Of a stretch of 64,000 nucleotides of DNA, positions 39,943-53,697 are shown one piece after another. The DNA lies in contig CM022670.1 of the NCBI GenBank assembly GCA_012295275.1, positions 2,666,001 to 2,730,000 on the forward strand. Direction: 5' to 3'. The DNA comes from Chrysomallon squamiferum. Taxonomy: Eukaryota > Animalia > Mollusca. The notes under the pieces were generated by a model, which was given only the letters and a program-made list of their open reading frames with translations, was not told the DNA's origin and did not search any database. Position 1 is the stretch's first letter. Each line of letters opens with the position of its first letter. The translations under genes and the position numbers were made by a program.

Positions 39943-40721
39943 CTTGGGGATAGGCAGATTTTTCAGAAGTTAATTATACAGCAAGTCTGAAAAAAAAAAA
40001 ATGCCTCCTGACATAAAATGTAAAATGATAAAATAAAATGAAAAATAACCCAAGTTGGTTTTATGTTTGAATTATGACAGTTTTACTGGGTTTTTGAAAC
40101 CTTTTTTAAATAAATAAGAAGTAAATAAGTAAATAAATATAAAGAAGGATACCCAAATCATGAATTTGAAATAAAACTTGTAAACAAATCCAAGATAAAA
40201 TAATGTACAATAAATAATATTTTAAAAAGAAAGCAGTCTATAAAATAAATATTTATATAAATAACGCAAAAAAAAAAAAAACATTTTTTTAAATTAAATA
40301 AATATAAAATATATATAATTTAATTAATAGCAACAACAACAACAGCAATAATAACATATATATTTTAATAAAAGAGATAAATAATTAATTAACTGCCAGT
40401 CTAAAAGACAGTCTTGAAAAGTAAACATGTAGTTAAACAAAGTGGACTGAAACATCTTTCTGGAGACTGAGTGTTCAGACTCCAGCACACAGAGCCTGTA
40501 GTGTGTGTGAGTGAAGTGACAGCTAGTCAGGTCTTGGTTTATTTGGGGAAGTAAGAAAACAGGAGGTGTTGTTTTGTAAACACGCACTTGCAAAAAAGAT
40601 CAAATGAATTCACTGTGCTTAATTCCCCATGCAATAATTTCTTCACAGAAGATCATCCAGTCATTTTAAACAGTTGTGGTTAAAACCAAAAATAAAAAGA
40701 AAAAAAAAAGAAAAAAGAAAA

Positions 40722-40936
40722 ATTGCTATGGTTTCAGCAACAGAAAATCTGCCTAAATCTTTTTTCAAACAGACTAGAAAATTCCAGACAAAATTTTGAC
40801 AGGATCTCAGTCCACACTTTCTGAAAATATTGCTTTGGTTTCTGCAACAGAGAGCCTTGTCATAATCCTTTCAAACAGACTAGAAAATTCCAAGGAAAAT
40901 TTTGACGGGGTCTCACTCCACACTTTTTTGTGAAAA
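40722..40936. repeat. Two-copy direct repeat, about 107 bp
   Basis: attgct(a/t)tggtttc(a/t)gcaacaga...tttcaaacagactagaaaattcca...aaaattttgac...tccacacttt at 40722 and 40829. Confidence 0.9.
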
Positions 40937-41229
40937 CAAGATTCGTCTATTCTGACTGGCTATTAGATGTAAGAAGAGAAAAGTAAAAGAAATTCCAGCA
41001 AATTAGAAAAACATTACATGATGTGGAGCCCAAGTTGTTTTCAACATGCATGACTTAAAACCCTGTTGGCAATGTCTGTGATTTCTGAGTAGCAGTTTAT
41101 CGGTGTTTTCTTTCAACAGATCTCATTGTTTATGGAACTGTACAATCTGTAGATACAGCATGAAGGATTATTATGGAAAAATAATTCCTACATATGTTAA
41201 GAATTTCCAGGATTATAAGACTTAGTGAT

Positions 41230-42200
41230 TTGCATTTGTTAGATGTACCATCTGTATATATTTGCTGAACTGCATTTTATGTGTGTTCAGACTATTATAA
41301 AGTAAATGAATTCATAGATTTGGTGAGATTATGCAAATGCTTTTTTTAATTACAAGAAATATAAATAAAAGTTGAAGTTGTAGATTATCTATGTTCATAT
41401 AACTGCTTACACTGCAGTTACAGAAGAAAGAAAATAATTTTCAGAGCTGTTGGATTACTTATCATTAGAAATGCAAATAAATATAAGTTGAAGTTGTAAA
41501 AACCCTCTCTGTTTACAGAACTGCTTGTCATTTAGATACAGAATAAAGAATTATAAGTAAAATAATTTTCAGATTTTTTTAGCAGTTTGCAAAAGTCAAT
41601 AAATGTACTTGATGAAGTGGAAATTGAGCTGAATAAAGAATTATTTATAAGTAAAAACATTTCAGTTTCATTGAGAGATTGAAACAGTTAAATGTACTTG
41701 TACTGAGTAGAATGAAATTTGAATAACAGTTGAGGTTGTAAGATCATCTATATTCACAGAACTGAATATTATGTAGATACTAAGAATTACATAGATAAAC
41801 AGTTCCTATATTTGAAGATTTATATCAGTTAAGTAAATGTAATTGCATCTAGTGAAATGAAAATTGAAAATGTTCAGGTTGTGGTATTATCTGTATTCAC
41901 AAATCTGCATTTCATGTATGTACAGATGTTAAACCATTGTATGAAAAAAAAAAATCTTATACTGAGAATTTATATCAGTTAAATAAATGTGCTTGATGAA
42001 ATGGAATTTTGAATGGTGTTTGAGGTTATGTCACTTTTTTTTACAGAACTGATATTATATAGATAAAGAAATGCAAGTCTGAGATGTGTTAATATTTTTC
42101 AACAGTTAAATGAATGTACTTAGTGAAAATGAAACTTGAATAATAGCTGCAGCTGTAAGATTATATTTGTTTATGAAACTCTATAATTTACAGATGCTGG
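41230..42200. repeat. Old degenerate tandem repeat, period about 120-145 bp
   Basis: Recurring gttgaRgttgta...acagaactg...aaatgtacttg near 41370, 41488, 41728, 41872, 42020 and 42147. Confidence 0.7.
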
Positions 42201-42619
42201 GCAAGGGGTATTGGAATATGTTGAGAATTTGCAGAGGACTTAGTGTTTGGAAATGGGAATGGAACTTGAAACATCAAGCCTTACTAATTATAGTATTTGA
42301 GTATGGAATTGAAATAATCAGAGGTTTTTAGAGGAGATTTGTAAAAAAATGTGCAACAGATGACACAGTATGCAAGTAATTATGGCAGATTTGAATCCAA
42401 AGAGAATTTGTAAATAAAGCCATAACTAACACAAGCAACATTTTATTCTAATCTGATTTGAGAACAACTTTGGTTATATTTGCATTAGGCCTGATGAAAT
42501 ACTGTTTTGAAAACAGTACATACCAATGTGGGAAAATTTCATATAGTTTAAATTAAAATAGGGATAATAACAAAATAAAAGTGAATAGAAAATTCTACAC
42601 TACAACAGACTGGATAAAC

Positions 42620-42815
42620 TATTTTCCGATCTATGGGAAGGTGAATATAATACATTTCTTGCTGCTAATAAATCTCCCATAGTGAGGTAGCAGCTGGGTT
42701 TTCATCTCATGTTTATATTAAAAACTTGATATTACATATATCTGACAACCATTTAATTAAATTAACCTGATAGTACTGAAATGTAAAAAACATGGGCTAT
42801 TAAATAAATAAATAT
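42620..42815 (+). mobile_element. Degenerate SINE fragment (Meta-like core plus (TAAA)n tail)
   Basis: ctatgggaaggtgaatataatacatttcttgctgctaa matches the recalled core; ends ttaaataaataaat. Confidence 0.5.
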
Positions 42816-43608
42816 TTATGTGTTTATTTTCTCTCCAGTGAATTCAGGATTCTAAAATAAACACATTTCATATTTCAAAATATGAATCCTTGAAAAATTT
42901 CAAATGTATCATAAATCAGTGTTTTACTGCTGACCTAAAACATGTTTTAAACTGATTTATTTTCCATTATAAAAAAAAATAAAATAAAAAAAAAAAATAA
43001 AAAATAAAAAATAAAAAATAAAAATACAAATTCCATAGCACAAAATGATAAAACTTTTTATTCTGGCACCATCTGATACTCACCCTTCCACATTTTTTTT
43101 TTCATAATAAAAATTCTCTTAGTCAGTTAACGTTTGTTATTTTTAATTTCTAATATTCAGTTACTGAATATTAACAGCAGAATACCATTTCATTTACTTC
43201 TTTTTTATTGTAGCCACAGACTCTAGCATATCCTTTGACATCTATTTTATTTTTTTATTATGGCTACAGACTGGAGTATATCTTTTCATATGTTTCTTTT
43301 TTTTATATCCTTTCACATTTTTTTTTTATTATGGCTGAAGAGAGGAGAATAACCTTTAATATATTTCCCTTTGTTATGTCCACACACTAGAGAAATATAA
43401 TTACACAGACCTGTGCAAAAATAAACCTAGATATGTCATCTGCTCTGTAGGATATGCATTGTCCATTCATCTCAGATCTTCACCCTTTTGAGCCCTTCTC
43501 ACAGAAAACACTTCAGTGTCCTAGTTTTCAACTAGCTGGATGGTTTGTCACTGAAAAGCTTTTCACAAGGTGAATGACTGAATATTACCGTTACTGCTTC
43601 TACAACAG

Positions 43609-43660
43609 CCATTGATGTCAACACCACCATCGATGTCAACACCACCATCGATGTCAACAC
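43609..43660. repeat. 18-bp unit x3
   Basis: ccat(t/c)gatgtcaacacca repeated three times. Confidence 0.9.
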
Positions 43661-45287
43661 TATCCTTGCTGGGTTCTTAGAACCTCCACTTTGCTTTGTA
43701 GCTATGTTGAAAAATAATATAAATACAGGTAAAAAAGAACTCTCTCTTTTTGCTTTTTTTTTACAAAAAACTTTAAACCATTCTGACAATATCATCTGAA
43801 AATTACACAGCTGATTATTTCATTTTTAAAACTTTTTCTTTGGTCTATTATAGCTTTTTTCCCTACCCTTTCTTTAAAATATAATATTTTTCTAATTTAT
43901 AGGTTAGTAAAAATTGGGTAAAACAGTTTAAAAAAATATTTTTCTTGTGAGAAAATTTACTTGTTTTGCCTCCAGTCATTTGAAAATGACCTGTTTTTCA
44001 GTGGTAGCCCATTTTCAGAATGCTGTGTATAATACAATCTTAATCATTCTTTGCCCCTTGGACGATCTTTTCCAAACTGCCTACAGAAACACAAGTGTAA
44101 TGGGCTATACAACACTGTTGGCAGGTACCTAGCAATTTTAATTTTTTTTTTTTTTTAAATTTGTTTATCAGGTTACTTTATCCGTAAAGCTCAGAGAATC
44201 AGATCTTTTGTCACTGGTGAGTTGTCAGACAGACAGCGTGGTCTTTTGAACAATTTTTCATAAAAATTTAAATTACTCGTTGTCCCAGATAATGCCAGAG
44301 ATTACGTGTGTGAATGCATTGTGCTGCATGTGTTTGAGACTGTGTACAACTTGTACTGTCTTGTGTAACAGTTCTTGTAACAGTTGTAACATGTGTTCTT
44401 GTTGTAAGTCTTGAGTTGACGTCAAAAAGGACACAGAAAATCTAATCTTTAATGTACAAGTCTTGTTCGGTGTAATCTGTGTGTAAAGATGTTTTTTAAG
44501 TGTTTGTCACATCAAATATAACATTTAATTACATGAGGATTCTTTTCTATTTCCACCTTTCTTTTTCTTCTTCTTCTTTTTTTTTCTTCAGTTTTTTCCC
44601 TTTTTTTCCTTATTTTTTTTCTTCTTCTCCTTTTTTTTTTTTTTTTTGCATCTTGTTCCCTTCATCTCTTTTCCTTTATTTTTTTATTACCTTTTTTTTT
44701 TTTTATGACTCCCCATACTTTATTATGAACCTCACCAAACAAACTCTTCACAAGACTAATCTTTTTAATCTTGTACGTTATTTAAAATGAATCAGGCAAG
44801 AAGCAGACTTTAGTAACATTATTTTCTTCAGCGACTCTGGCACAAAAGAACACTTTGTCAAAGGTCTCTCTGCTTCAGTGTTGCCTAATTACAACTGTTT
44901 TTGTGGGCCTTTGTCAAAACTGACTGGAGGAAAAAATATTAGCGACTTGCAGTAAATGTGTGCATTATCATCGGAATCAAAACTGATAGATTGGAAAGAT
45001 TAGATACAACATGATAGATACAACACCATGAGATATGATTGATGAAACAAGATTAGGTACAATAGCAGCAGATATATAGATAGATACGAAGAAAATTGAA
45101 TATGATAGACACAACAGAATTAGATACAATCAAGATGTGATGTTAGATGTAGAAAAAGATAAGAAATAATTACAGTGGGATGTGTTGTATGTAAGAGGTA
45201 TGTTGACAAATGTTATTTAAGAATTTCATGTGAATATGAATGTTGTAGATTTTCTTTGAATTAATTTTAAATTTACATGATTTTATT

Positions 45288-45320
<33 letters not shown>

Positions 45321-45905
45321 GATTTATTCTTTATTTATTAATTCCAAAATGTTTGTTTTGGGGTTTTATTGTTGTTGTTTTTTTTTTATTTTATGGTTTA
45401 GTTTGTTGACATTTTAGTTTATATCAGATATTCATAACTGTAACACACAAATCTCAGATTTCACCCCAAGTATTTCTTTATTGTTGTCATTACAGTAGCA
45501 GTTGTTTTTTATTGTTTTTAAAAAATTACATTCTTTTGTGTCATATTTTATGGTTTTCTTACAAAGTATCTGAATTTTAAAAAATATATTTTATGGATTT
45601 TAATATTCAGAAAGAGTATAGAGTTAAGTTTTAAAATATTTACAATTGCTAAACATTCATGAATTACCTCAAATGAATGAATGAATGAATGAATGAATAA
45701 ATTAGAAAAAAATTAATAAAATGAAATAAATAAATAAATAAATAAAATATATTCAGCATATTTTATAATAATTATTATTGATGATATTATTAATAATAAT
45801 AATAATAATAATAATTATTATTATTATTAACTATTATTATTATTGCTTTTATTATTATTTACATTATTATTATTTGCATTATTATTGTTGTTATTATTAA
45901 CATTA

Positions 45906-45964
<59 letters not shown>

Positions 45965-46512
45965 GAAGTAGTACAAAACAGATTAACATAAAGCATCCTT
46001 GAATGTTTACAACAACATTTAAACTTACTTTTCCGCTTTCACCAGGGTTAAAATACATCTCAATTTATCTGCTTCATTTAAATTCAATGCCCCTCCCCAA
46101 CAACTTTTGAACTGTAATGCTTGTGCTACCTGGTTTTTAACACCTGTGTGTTGTGTAATTTGGATGCTAGTCACCTCAGGTAGTTATGCAGGTAAACGGC
46201 ACATATTTATACACAAAACACATTTTGCGAGGGGTAATTCGGTTCAAAGACATAGGACGTGTTTGTTCAGATCAGCTGCAATTTTCATAAAGAGGATGCT
46301 CTGCCACACGCATGGTATGTCACTATGAAAAGCATTTTAGTTTAATGACTCATCTTTTTGATATTTTTGAAAATGATGGTGAGGATGCTGATGATCATCA
46401 ATGTTGCTGCTGTTGTTGTTGTTGATGTGTTTTTGTCATCATCATGATCATCATCATTTATTTTGCTTTAAATATTTCTTATATTTGGAACTAATAATAT
46501 TGACAACAATAT

Positions 46513-46513
<1 letters not shown>

Positions 46514-46559
<46 letters not shown>

Positions 46560-46602
46560 CATAATCATAATCATAATCATAATAATAATAATGATAATAG
46601 TT

Positions 46603-46674
<72 letters not shown>

Positions 46675-46766
46675 ATAATAATAATAATAATAATAATAAT
46701 AGTAATAATAATAATAGTAGTAATAATAGTAATAATAATAACAACAACAACAATAACAATAATAAT
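46514..46766. repeat. Compound (AAT)/(AATCAT)/(AGT)/(AAC) microsatellite
   Basis: Directly visible. Confidence 0.95.
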
Positions 46767-48263
46767 ACATATATTTTAATACTGTTTATAAATTTTATAA
46801 GTAATCTCAGGCCAGTTTTAAAAACATATTCATGGTATCGTGTGTTATTAGTATTGTGTTTGGAGAGTCATCCAGACATTTTTCCCCATTAATATTTCTG
46901 TGAGTAACTTGTAAAGATTTCTTGAATGAATCATTAGGACTTGCTTGCTTGAGCTGAGAAGTTGTTAACCATCATTATCCCTGTTAATTGCGCCGTGGAT
47001 TTTCTAAGTGAAATATTAAAACTACGATGAGTGCAGCACTGAAAGTTCATATATGACAAGACATTGCTGCTGATGTCTGAAACCCAGTGATGATGTGCAT
47101 GCCGATGACTGCATGCAGTTAAGTGACCAGCTTCCAGAATGAAGTGAGCACCAACATCATCAACGTAGCCATCGTGGGCACGTATATACTCAGTACAACG
47201 AGCTTGGGTAAATAGTGAATGGTTCAGTTTTCAGCTCGAGTTTTCTTTGAACTTGAAACTAACCTTTTTTTAACACACAAAAACCACACCAGTCTACTCT
47301 CTCTCACACTGACCTTTTTAAGTAAATGGCAGGCTAGACAAGAAAACAGTCATCCTGTAATTTAGAAAATAATTATTTCTAAAACAGATTATTCATCAGT
47401 TTGTTCAGAGAATAAATTGAATACTAAGAATGTGTATGATTGCCTTGCATCTGTTATCAAAATGTGCTGCATACTTAGACAGAAATGGATATATGGGTGT
47501 GATGGGTATTGTGGTAGTAGGTAGACTGATTTATGATGGGATGGGTTTTATCAGTGGGTGGATAGACGGATGGATGGGTAATGTAGATGAATGGGTGAAC
47601 TGATGAAGATGGATGGATGAGCTGTTATAGATGGGTAAATGACTGATTAATTTATGGACAGGTGGTTGGTCAAACACAGATATAGAGATTGATGGATAAA
47701 TGGACAGATGGTTAGATGACTGAAAGAACCATACCAGGTCTGACATAAGAAAATGGATGAATGTGTCTGTATGTACATGTACATGCACACACACACACAC
47801 ACACACACATTAAAGTTATTTAATCATTATCCCCTCCTCTTTTTCTCTTAATACATATATGAGGCATTGTCAACTGATTTGGTTGTTTCTGTTTTTTATT
47901 ATTATTTCGTTTTTTCCATGCTGGTATCTGTGTTTGTATGTAATATTCCAATAAAAATGACTGCTGAGACAATTACTCCCAGTGTAGCAGAAGTGAAATC
48001 ACGTGTGTGTATTTATCAACAACAGCTACTCACTCTGCCTCTCTCCTGCAAGCTTCTGACAGGCCCCAGTATCCAATGATTGCCTACAGTTACTGTTTAT
48101 TTTGTCTGGGACCTGGAAACAAGTGGAGTTTGCGTTAGTTTCACAAAACTTCTGTACCGGCAGCTGCTGTTGTCTGTACAGACTGCGTTCATCACAGCAC
48201 AGTTACATTGTAGTTAGGTTTCATTACATTTGGCAGAGAGCTCTGAAAATACTTTAAGATGAG

Positions 48264-48307
<44 letters not shown>

Positions 48308-49078
48308 TGTGTGTGTGTTTGTAGAGGAGGGTAAAAATTACTGCTGGTAACTTCTGAAGAATGTTGATTTGAAATGAGAAATTTAAAAACTCACTTTTTT
48401 TTTAACCTTTTTCTGTTGAAACCCCCACTCCAAAAAAACATAAATAAATAATAAAACAAAAAATAAAAATAAAATTTTAAATAAATTAAGATAACTGACA
48501 TCAATACTAAATCCTTTTCATATTTAAACAATTACCATGTAAGAGACCACTGATGCATCAGGTAATTAACACAGTTCTGAAATTAAATTTATTTCATCAT
48601 CGTCATCACGTATTTATAGGATTCTAATTAAAGCACTGGGTCTTGTGTTAATAATTCACCACAAGCGTTTATGTAACTGTTAATTGATCTTTAGACTGCT
48701 CTGTCCCACAATTCCCTGTCTGCTTATTGCTTCTTCATCAGCTGGGAATTGAAATTAGTCTTTGATCTGTGATCCACAGCAACTCGTTATTCCCTTGATG
48801 ATAGCAATTAGCACCTTTTTTTTCACTCTGTGTGTGTGTGTGTGTGATACTGTTCTGTACTCCATCTCTGTATTCACTGACATATTGCCTTAATAAAATA
48901 TAGATAAAAAAAAAAAAAAGGTTCAATTGTAAAAAATAATGATAATAATAATAAATAAATAAATAAATAAATAGTTAATGTTAGATATAATGAGACAAAA
49001 AAGAAAAAAGAAAAAAAAAAGAGAAAAAGTGATAAACAATAAATAATTAAAATAAATATTTAATAAAAATTGAAAGAA

Positions 49079-49115
<37 letters not shown>

Positions 49116-49744
49116 GAACCACTAAATAAAAAAATAAAATAAAATAAAATATAAAAACAAACTATAATATCACATACATACAATTTTCCTAACAAATGGC
49201 TAACCATATGAATTGCATTTATCATTTTTTTTTTTTTTTTTTGTTTGGCTACTGAGGTGTATTTTGCCATAATTTCTATTAAGAAAATAATAATAATAAA
49301 AATTAGTTAAAAATGAAGGAAAAACAAAAGAATAACAAGGAAAAAAGAAGAATTAAAACATTTAGACTGTATACTAAAAGCAAAATCTTACTTTATGCTG
49401 GACATTTCATAAAGAACATACTAAAGAAATAACTAAACCGGACAAAGCATTATGGCTATGGAGGACCACATTGGTAACACACACATGCACTGTTTCCAAT
49501 AGAGAGGTTAGCCCTGTGGGGTATATTTTCAGAGATAACAGTGACCAGGGACCTGGTGTCAATAAATCAATGAACATGGACTTGAGGCTATTTACAGTGA
49601 GCGAGAGTGTTTTAAAGAACATGGCTTCCTCTGAGTTGCCTTACTGAAAATTACATCTGGAGAATAAAACTCTTTTTGTCACCGGTTTCCATTATGATGA
49701 TTAATTAAAAAAATTGTGGAAAGAAAAGTAGAAGAAAATGAGCA

Positions 49745-50180
49745 GAGGTTTGATCAATAGAAGTTTAACCTTTGGCAGTTTAATTTCATCAAGAGAATAA
49801 TTTAATAATGTTCTTTTTTAAATCTGAAAGTTTGACTCACCATTTTGTTTCGCTGGCTTTGATGGTTGTTACTTTTATTAGTTTAATCTTTAAACAAATC
49901 TGAAAAGAAAACGTGAAGATTGGAGTTTGATCAATAAAATGTTTAACCTTTGATAGTTTGATTTTATAATATGAATAATTTAATGGGATTTTTTCTTCTC
50001 AACTATCTGAAATTCGACAAGTTATTTTATTTTAGAAACCTTAATTAATGGTCATCTTTTTTCTTTTTAAGGGCAAAAATCATTTCTGAACATTTTAAAA
50101 GGAAAAAAGATTCTGATTTGATCAATAAATGTTTAACTTCTTGATTTTTTGTTTTGTAGAGTGAATAACTTAATAATACT
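49745..50180. repeat. Degenerate ~180-190-bp repeat x3
   Basis: tttgatcaata...gtttaac...gaataa(t/c)ttaat near 49748, 49926 and 50118. Confidence 0.75.
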
Positions 50181-52769
50181 TTGGAGCATTTAAAAAAGTG
50201 ACAAGTCACTTTATTTTAATAACATCACTGATCACTTTTTGTGTTACAGTGTCTCAAATGACTGTTTAATTTAATTTAATCACTTCTGGCATTTGCTTCA
50301 AACTTAAGACAATATCAGAATTTTCATTACATAAATACAAAAAAAGAATACAACCAGTAAACAAATTTATAAATAAATAAACAAATATATGAATTAATAA
50401 ATAAAGACATAGACATACATAGACATAAAAAATTTGTCTCTTAAACACACACACACACACACCCCTTACACATATATATAGACACAGAGAGACATTGAGA
50501 GACAGAGAAAGAAGCAGTATGTCGAGCTAAACGTACTTGTGGGTTAATTGCCAATCAGTTGCATGATGAGTGGAGATTGGCCCTCTGCTTGCAAGCCATT
50601 AAACATGCAAGTTATTGCTCAGATAAATAATTAAGTGTATATCTTTAATACTGGATGTCGGAAGCTGGGTCTGTTATCTTGCAGTGTCCAATGAGCTGGT
50701 GCTAATTAGCCACATGTTACACTGGCGTTATTACCAGCCAGCTCTCCGAGTTCTTTACACATTTTGTTCTGTCCATGCACGGGGAATTAGTAATGTCCGT
50801 TCTGAGGCTCCAATTGTCTGTAATGTTGCATGTGAATTTGTTTTCCTTGACGTTTTATTGTCATTGTTGTTTTATGTTTAATTGTTTTTTGTGTTCATGT
50901 GCGTTTGTGATGTGTGTTGTGTGCTGATGTATTCTTGGTGTAAGTATCAATACATAGATTCTACGGTTCATTTATTTACAGGCTTTCTTTGCTTATTTCC
51001 CATTTCAGAGTTTTGCCTCACAACAACAACAACAAAAAACTAATTCTCAGTGCATTGGGTCAAATGACTGAACTCATCCATGAATCCATTAAATGTATTT
51101 CCCATTCCAAACAGCTGCCCTCTCCTACATAACAACTCTGTGAACCTGTGATCTAAATAAGAGACGTTTATGAATATGAGTTTTAAACGAGATGTCCTCA
51201 GTCATGCATGACCCTCATCATTGTGGGCAAATATGGCGCTATTACTGTTATTATTACCCTGTGTGTGTGTTGTAATTCACACTTCACACACAAGTATTAC
51301 AGTCGGTGATCACTCGTGTGAATCGGGTATCGCTTGGCTAATGAAGCGTTCAGCTGATTATTGTACTGAGGAGTGGTATTTTTCCACCCCCTCTACAAGA
51401 TTTCAATTTGTCTCTCAGTCTTGTAATGCTGACTGCATAAATACGTAATCTTGGTGACCCTGAAGTAATTTGAAAAACGACACCGTACCTAGTGGTGTGA
51501 AGAAGCTGTTGTTATTCCGTTTGTCACTTTAATGTGTCTGTCCAAACTGCTGATCCATCCTAGAATACAGAAATTTATTTTTATTTTCATTCAGAACGTG
51601 TCAGGGGTATTTTTTGTTCTTCTTTTATTGCAGAAACAGTGGCAGAGAGAAATGAAGAGGAAATTAGATAGTGAAAGAAAGGCTTAGAGTTGTATAATGA
51701 CTTCACACTAAGTGTGCATCAGATTCTAATTTCAGATTTGATCCACATCTGAAAACTGTCTTTGTGATAAATGTTTTACATGTGTTCTTGTTGCAGTTAT
51801 TTGACAGATTACCTCTCAGTTCACGACCTGATGGAAAAGTGAGCCATGCTTTTATCACAATATCATCACAACATATGTGGCATTAATTTATTTTTAATAT
51901 CTTTTTTCTAAAACAAGATTTTGATATATCAGATACCACCAGTATTGCATTTTTAAGTTACACAGTTATTTGTTTATGCTGTATCTTGTTTTAAATTAAT
52001 ACTTAATCTATTATAATTATTAGTTACTGAAACTATTACCTTAGTGTGTGTTTGCAGACTTAATATCATTAAGGTTATAAAAAGGTACATAGACGAACAT
52101 GAACAACAAACATGATACTAAATCTAACAGAGGTCAACTAATGATGATACATGCATCCTGTTAAACAGACTTTCACACTGGATACATGTTCAAATATATA
52201 ACCCAGAATTAGATTTGTAACTGATCCTGGCAGTGGAAAGTGTTACACTAGCTGCATTTCAAACAACACACATTTGTTTATTGTTCTGTGGTTAATGCAC
52301 ACCATGCATGTACTGAATTGAGTTGGGATTTGCTTTTACATATAAATGTTTGTTGTATGCAGTTTTCTTGTTACTATGAGTATTGTATTTCTTGCCTGGT
52401 GAGATAAAAGTTATTCATTGTCAGATAAAGTGATCCAGTCACATACATTTTTATTCAGAAGAGTTGAGCACGTTGAAGTAACATGGCTGAACAAAATAGG
52501 ATAAATTAAAATGTGAAATAAAATAAATTAAATACAAAGAAATAAGATAAAATAAAAAAAAAATTAATAAAAAAATTCAGAAGTGTTAAATAGTTAAACA
52601 GCTCTAGCACAACAAAATAAGATAAAATGTGAAATAAAATAAGATATAATAAATTTAATTAAAAAAAGAAGAAAAAAGTTATTAAATACAAAATAACAAA
52701 CAAATTATCTTCTTTTGCCATGGAACTATTTTTTTGAGTTAGCTACAATGATTTTTTAAATAAATATTC

Positions 52770-52905
52770 AGACTGACAAGAAACCACCACAGCCTTTGAT
52801 AAATCAGTGCATTACCTAGAAAAAGAAATAGCTCAAAATGAGGCCTGAAGAGAATTGAACCTGTGACCAGTCATACCAGGACAGTACTCACTGCCAAGTT
52901 TTAGC
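52770..52905 (-). mobile_element. Degenerate SINE fragment related to 6028-6235
   Basis: accacagcctttgataaatcagt...gaaatagctcaa...gaattgaacctgtgacc (reverse B-box-like). Confidence 0.5.
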
Positions 52906-53697
52906 TGTCCTCTAACACAGACAAATAATTCGGTGTGTGGAATATTCTCCTGCTGATTACAGTTTCAACTAAAGAGTTGTATGTTTTTATCCTGAATCAG
53001 ATTTAATAACAGAATTTGGACATGGTCCACTGAGTTTCTTGAATTAGTGTCACCCAAAAACATCTAGGGCACACCCAGACCAAATGGAATTTCCAATAAC
53101 TGATACAGCTGTCTCCATTCATGTCCACCCTGCCATTTTATTAATTGCAGGTAGCGACATCAAAACTTGTAATGGATTGAAACCTGATACACTTTGAGAC
53201 ATTCTGCCCATCTTGTTAACATCACATAAACGTCACTTAATATGTGATCGTCTGAGCTGAGCAAGTTTTGTATTTCATGATATGAATGTTTTATATCAGT
53301 TATCTGAAGCAAATACATGATTTGAAATTTATCAGGAATAAAAGAGAATTGGTTATTTATTACTTGCATGTAGCCATAATTTGTAACATTATATACACAA
53401 ATATACATACCTAGACATTCATACACGAATACACCTATACACACACACATAAACACATAGACATACTTTTACTTAAGGCACTAGGATACTTACATACATA
53501 CATAAATACATACAAACACACACACACACATTATTTATTTAGTTATTAGTTAAAAGTACTGGGGTACATCAGGGTGTGTGTATATATAACTAAGTATTTC
53601 TGCAGCATAAAGGCATATGTGGTACAACCACCACACAGCAGGACTGATGTGCTTGAGCATGCTGTCTGGCTAGTTGGGACTCTTCTTATTAACTGTT

